From positions 992,001-1,056,000 of the forward strand of contig NEEC01000019.1 in assembly GCA_002189035.1 (NCBI GenBank): a stretch of DNA of 64,000 nucleotides. Direction: 5' to 3'. This document shows positions 48,897 through 62,143 of the stretch, one piece after another. Positions within the stretch are counted from its first letter, which is position 1; every line of letters begins with the position of its first letter. The notes under the pieces are model-generated. The model was given only the letters and a program-made list of their open reading frames with translations. It did not search any database and was not told the origin of the DNA. This DNA comes from Utricularia gibba (Eukaryota > Plantae > Magnoliophyta). Both the position numbers and the translations under genes were made by a program.

Positions 48897-50320
48897 CTAA
48901 AATCTCCTCCTTGGGCTCCTGGAGCGACGACCCCGCGGTGATCTGCACGTGAAACACAACATAAAAAAAAATTAAGATAGTGCTCTAGGACCATTAACAC
49001 ATGTTCCTAGAAGGGACTTCAAAAGGTTCCATCACTACTTACTGACAAGAAAAGAAAGGAATATTTTTCTAATGGGAGTTCCCCACCGCCCTTCATCAAG
49101 TAATAATCATTACGAGATGCTTTTATCATGAACATAAGCATTAGCACACAACACAAATAAATCTTATGACACATCATACCTCCTTGTGTTTCTCCTGCGA
49201 AATGGACCCTTGCTGAATGCCCAGGCAACGTTTATTATCTGAGTGAGCAGCTCACTTCCATTCAATTCATCTACAGCTTTTTGTGCCTCCTCAAAATTCT
49301 CATACTCAATTAGAGCATAGCCCTGAAGAGGAACACACAGACAAAAGCATGATAAGGGGATGCCAAGAGAAATTGGAGTATTTTTAAAGATAGGATCATA
49401 CACATACTAACTATTTCAAGAAACTAGTGCCTATGCTTGGAATACAAGCATTTCTTGGAAATTGAACCCATGCCCAAGAATATTCAGAATTAAAAATGAA
49501 ACCAAAGCATAATAGAGGATAATGAGCAACCAGAAAAAGCAAGCAGTTATTTGAAGATACATTCTTATTTTTCGCTAAAAACTCACTACTATTCCACTGA
49601 AAACTTCACCTAATACATCACAAGAACACTATCGCAAGACTACATATTTCCCTCGAAAACACTGATAACTACCTTTGCGAACTTCACCAGAAATTACGCA
49701 CACGACTCAATATAAATAAATTACGATGTTTACCTTGACAAATCCAGTACGTCGATCGAGATTCAAGTGTAAATTCTTTATCTCACCATATTCACCAAAT
49801 GCGTTCAGCAGATCATCCTCCTGCGCCTCTTCATGAACCCCAGTGACAAGAATAATCCATCCTTCAATAGCTTCACATAAGAAAATATAAACAAGTCAAA
49901 TGCACTAGTTACAAGCTAGAGAGATATTTGTCCGACAGCGCATCGTCCAAGACAAGGGAACCGTAAGCCTTGAACATCTAATCGGGTTCTAAATCCCTAA
50001 AACCGCATTTTACCCTGGATTTTGCAAGACTAAACTATCCAACTCACATCGTTCTGGTCCTGGGCCGCCCTCTGAGTCAATAGATTCAAATCTAGCATTC
50101 ATGCGAGCATTACGGTCCTCCTCTGCAGCGTTCTCATCTCTAAAACCACGACCCTTGGTCTTCCTTACGCCCAAAGACACGCCACCGCCAGCTACGGCGG
50201 ACTTTAGGCGTGGAACCTGTGCCCCACGCGCTGCATTGGGGAACCATCGCCGATATCCTCGTCCATGAGGTCATCATCCTCCGGCTCAAAATCAACCGCT
50301 TCCGCTTCTGTGTTCGCCAT
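48897..50320 (-). CDS. Y14: RNA-binding protein Y14/RBM8A (exon junction complex core); one -1 frameshift as written
   Basis: [70 protein letters not shown] and RSRSPRRRF. The frame breaks at the G4 run 50238-50241. Confidence 0.88.
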
Positions 50321-51116
50321 GCCTCCAAGCCCTAATCCTCGAATCTCCGCCAGTCGTTCGAACTAGGGCTTTGCTCTTTGGATTAAATACCACGGTCTCC
50401 TATTTTCTATTGGGTCGGGCCGGTTAAAAGAAAAACGGGATAAATAAAAAAATGGTAAATTTTTAGAAAATTATTTGTTCCCAAAAATCTGCAGGATCAA
50501 TTCTGCAAGACCCGCGTAGATGACTTATTTCGCCGGTGGTCGCTCTCACCGGAGCACCACCTTGCGCGGAAGCTCTGTTGTTCAATCCGTCGCATAAATT
50601 TGACGCCGTCATTTCTGTCTCCACGTTATTGCTTAGTTCCATGGATCCCAATTTTGGGTTTAGCTCGCCGTCCTTAGGCGCTCTTCGAAGCCCGCCACAG
50701 GGTTATCGCGGCCGCCGAGGTTGGTCAAGCGACGGCAGCCATTACATGGAAACCGCAACGGCAGACACATCATCTTCAGAGTCACTTTTTATACATGCTA
50801 ACCGATGCGGTGGCTGCTCCAGATTGGGATCAGCATGCTGGGGAGTTGAGCATGGGCTCGGGCTGTTTGTATGCAAAAATGAAATTGATTTATTAGTTTC
50901 GATCCCTTGATTTCATCGATTCTACATGAATTGAAACTGCAGTTTCCTGGTTCCAAATACCACAAACCGGCCCAAACCGTACATTTTGGTTCGAACTGAT
51001 TACAACTCTAGGCCATACTGCATATAAAGATTAGGCAATAAGCCGTTGAAACAAATATACAATCAAACCATTCTCACAAAGGGTCAAGGTAACAGCTAGC
51101 GATAAGCACAAAGCCC

Positions 51117-52948
51117 TCATTGATCTGGGGAGGTAAGCTGCCTTATGTTGTACTTGGCCAGCTCCTTGTACTTCTCCACAACTCCAATTAAGCAGAGAGT
51201 CTGTAGACACAAAACAGCAAATGAATAAATGTATGTATACTAATGCATTCTTGAACTCTAATTCTGTTCACAATGATAAACATGGTAGCCATTTCTATAG
51301 AGAAATTTCTCAAACTTTCACAGTTTGGGAGGAGTATTTTTAAAAACAAGTGAAACATGCAGTTATTCCTGCAGGATTGGTTTTAAGAGAATTCCTATGG
51401 TATAAAGTTGCGTACCTTGATAATCTGAACTGTGATGTGGATATCAGGTTTCTCTAGATCAACTTTGTGGATAGATGGAACAGATTTGGCGACAGCATCT
51501 ATTACCTTGGACCGTTCGACTCCAGTATTGGCACGAGCATCATATAACACTGCAAACTGAAATTTAAGACAGTGATCAACACGCAGATGCTTTGTCACAC
51601 CAAAAGTGTTTTCATGAAAAGGGTGAGTAAGCACTTGGGATAGAAGGATCTAGACCTGTAACTTGCTAACTAAAATTACCTACCTTATGAGGTGTATCAG
51701 TTTCTTCAGGGAAGTACTTCATGATCAAGGGCTTGATAGCCCGTTTGATTTCATCCTCTGATGTGTAGCATGTTATTTCAACTGGAAGAAGTCGCAATAA
51801 AAACCTGATGAAACACACTTTTCAGTCATCTGATGCATGAAGTTGCACTACAAAGATAACCAGTTAAGAACCTTGAAACATGCTTTTTAGTTGAAGCAAG
51901 AGAAGTCATCATGTGTTGGACAACATCTTTTGGCCCAGGATCTCCTTCCTTCTTGGACATTTGTATAAAAATGACACCGTTACAACCAGTGTCTAGCCTT
52001 GCAAAACGTCTCTGCTTAACAAGAGAGCAATCATATCTCGCTTCAGTCAAATGTTCTCAAACGGTCAACAAATAATTGGGGTAATGACAGCACCTTGCTC
52101 CTATCTCCCATTTCAGCCAGCTCTGCCTCGATTAACTTGTCAACAGACTTGTGCTCATCCTTTTCCGTCTGCTCTTGTTCCACATGTTGTTTCTTTACCG
52201 GAGGCTCAACTGCATCAGCATCCTGGTTCTTAGATTCCTCAGTCAGCACTTGGTTTTGTTCACTGTTTACATCAAGTTCCGATACACCATCTTTTGAACT
52301 AAAGTCTTCAGTTTGCTCCTTAGTATCTGTATGAGCATTATTCGTGTCTCCCTCATCATCATCATCGCTGCTGGAAGAGTCAGAGTATGTGAATTTGGTT
52401 ACTTTGTTCACAGACTTTTTAGGGAGTCCTGCCTGCCCAAATATTGACTCCGAGCTTCCCACAAGTTCTTCATAAAACTGGAACAAACCCGTACACAACA
52501 GCTCTTTACTTCATTCAAACAACAACAAAGAAATTCATTGAATGATGACTTAAAACACGAAATTCACATTCCATTAATTGAAAAAAAAAAGTAACTGGAC
52601 GAGAAATTACCTACCACCCAAAGGCTTCGTCTTTGCAAAAAATTTACAAAAAGCCCAAAAATATTTATCCACTTACAGATTCGATCACGTTGATAGCTTC
52701 ATGGCAAGCCCTACTTTCTCTCCCACCTTCACACGTGATGAAGAAGCCTTCAATACCTGGTCGCAATGGATACGCACCCTTTTTCACCGGCTTCTGAAAA
52801 GAGCAAACAGGATCAAAACGCGGAGCAATTTGAATAAGTTCACCAGCAACGAAAAGTGGTTGGGAATCACATTGTACGGCAGGTAGTGCTTTCTTTTCTT
52901 GCTGTTTTTTCCGGAATTACCCGTCTTCACTTTATTCTCCGTCGCCAT
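51117..52948 (-). CDS. THUMPD1: THUMP domain-containing protein 1 (Tan1-like tRNA acetylation adaptor)
   Basis: KKRKHYLPYN, YPLRPGIEGFFITCEGGRE, acidic linker, VDKLIEAELAEMGD, LDTGCNGVIFIQM, FAVLYDARANTG, HKVDLEKPD and KYKELAKYNIRQL. Confidence 0.9.
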
Positions 52949-53224
52949 TGAAACTCCACACCCGCGAGCTGCACCTCCACGAACTTTATGCTTGGAAACC
53001 ACTCCCAAGGCGGAAGGTTTTTCGAAAACCGCTCTCTAACTAAATAAGAGGTACCAGGCCCAATATCAAGTGGCCTCCCTTAACGGGCCACGCTACAACA
53101 CATTCAAGCCCAATATGACTTTCTCTACTTTTTCTCTTTTGATATTTATACATTAGGGAATATTGCTGAAGCGTTGAAGCCCTAGCTACATGAAGAGAGT
53201 AGTATGTTTAAAATATTTAAAGGA

Positions 53225-53502
53225 GTGTTTTGAAAAATTTTTGAATGTTGTTTTTGCTTTTGAAAAAATAAAAAATAGAAGTAAAATTTTTTTATAAGAA
53301 ATATAAACAGAAATAATGTGTTTTGAAAAAAATTATGGAAACAAAAATATTTTTAAAAATAAAAATTACAAGTAAAATTAGTTATTTTCTGATTCATTTT
53401 TAATTAAATCAAAAATAGAAATAAAAATAAAAAAGACTCTATATAAAATTATTTTCAATTAAAACAAAAATAAAAACAGTGACAAAAAATTTTCTAAAAC
53501 AC
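53225..53502. mobile_element. MITE-like element
   Basis: AT-rich 278 bp with imperfect TIRs gtgttttgaaaaattt / aaattttctaaaacac (14 of 16 match). The termini resemble those at 30285-30499. Confidence 0.4.
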
Positions 53503-54375
53503 AATTTAATTGCAAACAACTTGTGAAGCCATTTATTTGTTGAAAGGATCATCAAAATATCCAAACCAAACAAAAAGAGATGGTTTTAATAGAGAGATCA
53601 AACAGCCATCAGCCTGTTTGAGATCATAAAGAGATTGTTTTAAAAGACAAAAACATGTCATGTGATTGCATCTTATGTGTGGACTGGGGGTTGGGCCTCC
53701 CAGATAGTTTGCTTTGGATCTTGCAATTTACACTGAAAAGCATTTTGCACAGTAACAATGAAGCATCCTCTCCATGCAGAAATCAAACTCTTGTAATGCT
53801 CAATAGTCCAGTCCACACACAGAAGTTTCAAGATCAAGACCATTGACAATCGCCCCAAAAAATGTAGACACAAAATAATGCTGGGAAGGAAGCTCCATCG
53901 AGTTTCTCGATGGTTCACAAATTTTCTAAAGAGAAGGGGAACGAAACAAGTAATCTTGTACCTGCAGACAGCTTATGCATGGTGTGCCCATATCTGTGGG
54001 GGTCACCAGCTTCATATCCTGACAAGTTCCATGACTTTGCACACAGAGGTGTCAGGGCAGGGGCAACACAAGTGCTTGTTATTTACACCAGACAATAGGC
54101 CTGAGCCAGAGAAATTTCGGAAAGCAGGAAGGACCAAGAGAAGGATCATGCCTCTGGAATTTACAAGAAGGGTGACCGCAGAGTCCATCAAGAATTTACA
54201 TTTCTCACCTTCCACCACTCCATCTTCAAGCCAAGAATCTTGCGGGGTTAACGATGAAACCAAGTGAAGCACACACTACGAAGTCCTCCCATGGAAAGCT
54301 TCTCTACAAACGGAGGTTGCAAACTACCTGAATGAAGTTGGAGTGAAGGGCCAGTTATCTGAAATTTGTTAAATG

Positions 54376-57300
54376 TTAATGAGGGATGTCCTCCCTTCCA
54401 GCTCCCATGTTGGACTTGTCAAGCATCCGAATATTGTACTGTTCGTATACTCTTGTTCGGTTCTCTGACCACCATTGTTCTGCTTGCTTCTCACTAAACC
54501 GTTTACGGCTGCATCAAACAATGGGACAACAGTATAGTTTAAGTTCACTTGTCACCAAAGAGTTGCTTATTAGAATCAAGTAGGGTAGGGTTATGATCCA
54601 TACAAGTGGTCCTAGAATGTGTTAGAACACTAACTTCAATGATTAAAAGAAGAGTAAATAGCATAGAGAATGCCCAAAGCACAATTAAACTGAATTTAGT
54701 TAAGACCAACAGACCTGAAACGAACTCTTTTCAAATCTTTGAACCCTCCAGGTAATAAGCTAAGAGTAATATATACACCAGGTTCATCATGTTCAACCCA
54801 TTCATTTTCACTGCGTGGATCACCTTCCTCAGTTTTAATATTTCCATTCTGCATAGCTTCTGCCATAACTGGTTTGGCTGGAACTAAAGCGTTACTGGTT
54901 GCAGTGCTGTGACCATTAGGTTGTATCAGATTCTTTGATTCACAATGCTCCAGATTTTCCACAGGTAGCTGAGCATTTACTCGATCAACAACACCCGCAG
55001 GTTGATTGGGCGAGGATTCAAAAGAACTCAAGAGAGAGGATTTGGTGTTTCTAGCTGAACCCACAGGAAGTTTTTCCGCCATTTCCTTCAGCTGAAAGAA
55101 GAGATTTACGTCAGCATCGGTAGCCAATGCATTGGGAGTATCATCAATCACCGAGTGACCCCAAAAACACTCTGAACAGTAAACAGATATACTTAAAAAT
55201 TTAGGCAGTTAAAAAAAATCAAAACGTCAATTATTTACGGATTTTTTAATGGGCACGTTGATTCTTTTCCACGCTTTCCTAAGATATGGAATCAATGATG
55301 GGAACTTAGTGAAAAATATAGGAAGAGTTTGGGCATCAATCACTTCAGTTAAAGATACAAGGTAGAACACAGGCATCAGCTTCTCTGCAGTTCCCACGCC
55401 AAACAGCAAATAAAAGTTTCCATCGCTTTTCGAGTCATAGCTTAATGTTGATGATGATGGTTTACCAAGAATATACAAAATAAATAAATTATTGCTATTT
55501 CAGGTTTCAAACTTTGGTAAAATATGTTGCCTGTTTGTCCACTACAAAAAACAATAACCGATTTTTTCTAGTCCAAGAAGCGCAGGTAATCCAGCACCCT
55601 CACAATTCATGGGATGGAGAAACACAATAATTTTTCTTACCTGTGCTGTAAGTGACTTAATAACTTCTTTTGCAACTTTGCATTTGGCAGACTCCTCGCC
55701 AGCAATTGTAATTGCCTCCTTCAGTTGTTTTGTTGTTCTTTCTAGCTCCAACTCATGATGTTGAGCCTTGCGTGTAAGATTATCCACCTGTTCTTGGTGA
55801 AGGGTGACAAACATGATTCACTATGATATGCGTATGCCAAATCATGGACAAAAGATAACAATCAAACAAAGCTATCCAATCTTAAGGCATTTTTAGCTAA
55901 AACAACAATTAGTTGCAGATACTTTTCCACCTCAAATGCATATGCTTCAAAAAGCGCACTTAGTCAACAAGTGAAGCAATACACCAATAACTGAGATTGA
56001 GAAAAGGAATAACAACAATAGAGAAGCAACATTCCAATGAATAAGCATCCAGTCTCTGAAATCAATGCCATTAGCCTACATTCCAACAAGAAAAAACAGT
56101 ACCTGTGCTCTTAAATTTATAATTTCCTGTGTAAGGCTATCATTAGTCGATTTCTCATTGTCCACAGCAAGCTTAGGAGACATGAGACCACCCAAAGTTG
56201 GAGTTGGGGTGGTAGAACGAAGAGGACTCGACCGTCTTGATATCGGTGATGTTGCCCGAGAAACAATCCTTGATCCAGGAACCGAAGCTGAGAAAAATTT
56301 CTTGGATGATCCAAATAATGGGTTGAGAGATTTCGGCATACTGCTGGGGTCCTGTTGAGGGTCTCCATTCGAGAATGGGGATACAAGACTACTACTGGGT
56401 TCTAGTTTTTTGTTCCTCTTTGGAAACTGGGTATCTGTTTGCTTAAAAGAATCCAATGTAGAAAACCTGGGTAGCTGCAAACGAGATTTGGTATCCATCT
56501 TATCATCTTTGTCTGTCAAATCATTTATCCCAACATTTTTCCGTCCATGCCTGCTCATAGATGAATGAGATGATGAGTCAATTTCAATAGCTTTCTTCAA
56601 TTTGTTGAAACAATTCTCACAAACACGGTATGACTTGTTAGGATTTGGGGCCATTGATGCCCCAAGCGACTTCTTGTTGCTGCATGCATGACAAAATACT
56701 AGTCCACAATTGTAACAGTTATGACGTTTTCTTTTGAAATTAAATTGCAGATGGCAACCAGAACATATAGACTGATCAAGCCCAGAGACCCATTTATGAA
56801 GGCAGATAGCAGCAGTGAAACTGCGACCACAAACAACACTCTTCACTTGCTTGTCCTTCAAAGCTTCCACTAAAGTTGGAGAATTTCTGCCTTCAACATC
56901 CCCATGACCCAATCTACCGTTTGCTCCCTTCCCCCATGTATAAACCTCGGCTCTGGAAGTCAACACTGCAACATGATAGGCACCACAAGCTATCTCTTCC
57001 ACCATACTCCTCCCAAGTTTCCCTTCCACACGACATGGGAGTTTTCCATCAGCCTGAGGATTGCCCAGCTGCCCATAAACTTGACTTCCCATTGCGTACA
57101 CCTGCCCAGATGTTGTAAGAGCAACTGTAAGGCTATCTCCACAAGCAACCTGGCAAAAGTTTGGTTCTACGAGAGCAGCAACACATGTTGGGACAAGTTT
57201 TGATTCCTTGTCACCATGACCAAGACGATATTTGTCACCATCACCCCATGTAAAAAGCTTTCCTGATGAGCAGTTACTGGAATTTGAGCTGCCAACCATA

Positions 57301-59905
57301 ACTTCAACAACTGCAGCAGTATGCCAAACACCACATGCAACTCTTACAGTGCGTAGACCCTTCAAAGATTCCACTTCTCTAGGCTTTAGAACACTTAACC
57401 GATCCCCATGACCCAGAACCCCAAAGGTTCCATCACCAAAAGTAAACAACTGGCCTGCAGATGTCACAACAGCAGTATGCCATGGGCCGCAGGAAACAGA
57501 AGATACATGAACCCCACTAAGAGACTCCTCAACCCTTTTTGGAACCCAATGGCTCACTTCATTTCCATGACCCAAAATGCCAAAGTGGCCATGACCCCAT
57601 GTATACAAGTCTCCCGTAAGTGAAACAGCACAAGAGTGATATTCACCACAAGCCACAAGCTCAATATTAGCATTGCTAAGAGCATCAATTAGCTTCGGCT
57701 GTAAGACATCTGAATCTACACCATGGCCAAGCCGACCCTTGAACTCCTCACCCCAAGAAAATATCTCTCCTTGTTTTGTCACTAAAGTTGCATGCCTTAC
57801 ACCACAAGCTATGTTATGAACATCTAACACAACAGCAGATTCCAAGGCTTTCGGTAGCAATGAGTCCATTTTAGGCCCAGAACAACCGCCCATCATATGT
57901 ACACCACCGCCAATAATCCCATCACCAGTTCCTTCGCCCCAAATATAAACATCCCCCAAGGCATCACCATCATCATGCCCTGAACCGTGGCTAGAAGAAC
58001 TCACGGCACTGGATAGACTTACTCTGAAGGCATCCACTCCCATTCCCTTCATGTGACCATGTAAACCATCTGAAACTCCAGATGAGATGGAAACAGGACC
58101 ACTTGCAGAATCAGAATTAAAAAAGCCCTTGGGAGGCACTGCGTATAAAATAACATCTGAAAAAGGTTTCTCTAAACCATTTTTAGGAGGGCTATCAAAT
58201 GGAATATAGAGACCAGCTTTGCCCATACAATCCTACGTCATTGAAGTAAGAATTCCTTGAGTATTTTCTATAAGAAAATATTCCGAGCTGCCTAAAAGGG
58301 GAAATAGGGCTCTGCTACTAATTTAAGCCTTCACCTTTGGTACGTCTTCAATATCTGCAAATGGGGAATGTAGAGGAGAGCTACTTCTTGTGTATGCGCG
58401 AGGACTATTGGCTCCTGGTGAGATCCCTCCGCTCCTTGATTCTATTCTCCATTTACGCCGCTGACTACATAAGATCAATGCCTTAAGCCCACTAAACCAC
58501 ACCTCTGCTTCTTCCTTGTCCTTGCATATCTGGCATTTGAAGAAGAGTCACGAACTTGAAGAATTGGATCAGAAAAAATATAAAAAATGAAAAGAAGTGA
58601 AAATTCAAATCATTATGGAATCCAATCAAGGAGATGGACCCTCACCAAATCAAGTGATCTGTCATCATATATAAGAGAAAAGGATTGGTATTCCTTCTCA
58701 GGTCGTGGGTACCTTTGGAATATTGGCTGGAAAATGAAGATAATAAATTAGAAAACATCTGAAATTTGCAGGAAGTGATAACATAAAGTTCGGCAGTAGT
58801 ATGAACGTATCAATGTTTTAGAACCCTAAATGAAAATACAGCCTTTAGATATGAGGGTATGGAAACACCAAAGTAAATGTTGAAGGGAACTCACAGTTCG
58901 CTGACCAGAAATAATCCTAGACACATCACTAAGCTTGAGGTGTTTCTCTTCTTTTCCCGAGAACCATATAAGAACAGATTCGTCCTGAAATGAAGTGCTC
59001 AACTTTGGCAAGATAAAGTAGATAAACACTTTAAAAGAAAAAAAAAATCTACCTGGATAACAACTGGTAATTCATTCTATTTAGAAGCATACTAAATATA
59101 AAACATCAACATAGAGATTTATGAGTTAGGATGCGCTTACATTTGCCAAGCGGAATGGACAAAACTTGGGTTTTCCTCTTCTTCCATACTTGAGCAAGTG
59201 TGCCCCTTTCTTAAGCGCAGTTATTGCCTGTTCTACCAAATCAAATACCAAGCACAGATTAAAAGGTTTGCAGAACAACAAGAAAAACCGTGCGAACTTC
59301 AAAATGAGAAAATAAACAAGTGAGTGCAATATAAGATGACAAGATATGCACCCCAACATTCCGTCTCAACAGCACCAAGGACCAACACGAAGCGAGATCT
59401 ATCCAATGGGAATCTCAAAACTCCAAAATAGAAGTTTCAGATGCATATGCAACTCTGGGAATGTACAAGACTATCTTTAAATTGACTCTCGGCGGAAGAA
59501 GTTTCTCAAAACACTGCCCCTATTGCTGTATTACATTTCTTATTAATTACATCAGATTAACACGCATCTTCGCAGTGCCAGATCATCAGCATCTTACAAG
59601 TCCCCGTCAAAAAAAAAAAAAAAAACAATCATCAGCAGATATTACTCACACTAACCAAAAAAAAAAAAGATGGAAGATTGCAAAGCACTAGATACGCATC
59701 AAATGAGCTTCACATGCCAGAACCGCGAGGCCAAGGTCAATATCAGGGAGTTTATTTCGGAGAATCAAGTAAATGAGTAGGGCAGAGAGTGACGGACGAA
59801 ATAAAGATCCAGACATCAAACTGTCAACATAAACCACACAATCTCGACCTGTTCGATGTCCCTCTCCAATGACCCACCAGCTCTCATACTGTCCGAGATG
59901 CTCAT
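54376..59905 (-). CDS. PH + RCC1 + FYVE + BRX-domain protein (PRAF/RLD family)
   Basis: [33 protein letters not shown] (PH), seven RCC1 repeats ([21 protein letters not shown]...), [51 protein letters not shown], and BRX domain [34 protein letters not shown]. Confidence 0.95.
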
Positions 59906-62143
59906 CCTATTCCCGCTCCACAACATCAATACAAGAATTCCAACCTTCCAGCCGAATCCCAAAACCCAAACCCCACATTCACCATCATCAACTCGGATCA
60001 ACCCGGTTTCAAAACACACCAACACAAAATTTTCTCCCAATCCAACTATAACGTCTCCCAGTCGCCAAAAAGACTAGATTCCTATATTGATACCGCACTA
60101 GAACAGTAGAACCACAATACGTAACAGAAAATGCAACGCAATCCGCTAATCAATTATTTCCGGCTCCAAAAAACCCCCATTCGAATCCAAAACTGAAGAT
60201 CAGAAGGAGAAGATGCGGAGATTACTCCCAGCAAACCGACTTCACAAGCCAGAAAGTGGTGAAGAAAAGAAAACAAAACAAAAGAAATGGAAGAGAGAGA
60301 GAGCAAGCGACTTGAGGAGCGAGAAACAGCCTCCAAGTGGACTCTCCACTCCACTCCCCAGAATGGCTACTTCCAAAATTATCAATTTAAAAATAATTTT
60401 ACTTTGCTTCCAATTAATTTAAAGATGATTTTTTAACGATAATTCAGTTTGACTATTATTATTTGTTTTATATTAATTAATACTCCTAACTATCATATTC
60501 ATAAATAAACATTATTTTAAAAGCTTGGTGTTAAATTGTCTTGGGGTTGAAAGCGACAGATGATAAAGGACCGAGTTCCTTTTTCCATTACACATGATGA
60601 TGTTATGATGAACCGGTAGTCTATCATCACCGGTCCATGTCATGCGATTACTTCCATGTCTCCTCTTAAATGAAATTAAGCGAGTATTTATATTTTAAAT
60701 TATGTGGAATATAATTAATTTTGAAATTATTTGAATTAAATCAATTTTATAATTATAAAACTATTTTATAATATAGTATACAATTTAATAAAGAGAAATA
60801 ATTAATTAATTAAAATATATAGTATAATTTAATGTTACGATATAAATGTATTTGTAGTAGATAAAAAATAAAATTTATATTTTAAATTAATATTTTTATT
60901 TAATTATTAAAAATAAATACTTAATAAATGCAATAATTTTTAAAATTAATCACTAAATTTAAATTTCTGATTTTATTACATAATAATTAAAATTAAAATT
61001 TTTAAAAATTACCAAATCAATTTAATAAGTTATGTAAACAGAACATAAAATAAATTTTAAATTAAAAACATACTATATATATATATATATTGTTGTTGCG
61101 TGATACTAAAAGTCTTTCAAATTATTATTCTACTACTTGTGAGTCTTTCAAATTATTATTGATTTTTGAATTATTAATATTTTTTATTTTAAGTAAAATA
61201 ACTCGCTCAAACATTATTTTTTTATGATTTCCCGTCACATCAATTTTCAATTAATTCATTTTAATTAAAAGGGATTTATCAGTTAAATTCACTTAAAACA
61301 CCCAAACCTTGCTAATGGTTGTTCATCAGTTTAAATTCACTTAAAATAACCCTTTGTTACCATGTAGATTGTAGAATCAATGTAATAATAATTTACTTAC
61401 CACTAGATTAGTAAGGGACAAAACCGTAATTCAGATAGCAGAAGCTTCGAGAACGTGGCCGGCTGAATTTGCATCTCGGCTGCTGCGAAATGGCTGCTGG
61501 GGGAAGCGCTTCTTTCTACCTTTGTGATGCAGAAATGCTCCTCTAATAAAAGGCGCTTCTTCGGGGAGGGGATGGAGCAAAATGGTAGTTGTGGAGTGTG
61601 AACATGATTTTTAAGAGTATTCTGGAAAGTGGAAACTCTCAATTACGATTGTGCCCAGGGATTGGATCTGCAAGCCAATAAAGTTGTGATCTTTGGTAAG
61701 AACAGAGCACACCGGAAGCCTCCATGGGGGAAGAAGCTGCAGCTGTAGTTGGAATAATGAGGAATTTCGAGAAATATTAAATGGATTGCCTCTAAGTTTA
61801 ATGGGTCGAGATTTAGATGGAGAAGAAGAATATGCATATAGTAAACAAGGGATATTGAAAATTACCAAAACTTTTAAGAGTTGCGAATGACGACAGAGGT
61901 CAGCTGTGGATCCAATAAGAATTACCCAGGAAGGATTCGCTTTTCCTTCGTCTTAAAATCATGTTCAGGCATACTACGACCTCCTGATTTCAAGTAGCCC
62001 TTCAAGTTTGCGTTTGTGTTCCGTTGAAGACTTCATCTTTTTCGGTAAATTGTTGATGGGTCGATAGAAGGAGGGCAGGCGATGAAAAGTTGAAAAACCT
62101 AAATACAAGAAACTCCCGGGAAAAGAATTGTTCTGGAAGAATT

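Noticed and set aside
50650-50800. Telomerase RNA candidate (CTAAACCC and TATA on the minus strand)
   Set aside because: There is no RTCCCACATCG USE at Pol III spacing, the template-like motif is too far from the TATA box, and there is no oligo-T terminator.
38359-52948. Functional cluster of RNA/chromatin genes (TRAUCO, RRP45, Y14, THUMPD1)
   Set aside because: These are common housekeeping genes of different pathways, interleaved with unrelated genes, with no shared regulatory structure beyond generic site II motifs.
60590-60645. Possible C/D snoRNA or hairpin (ATGATGA, ACCGGT inverted repeat)
   Set aside because: There is no downstream CTGA D box at a suitable distance and the stem is only about 10 bp.
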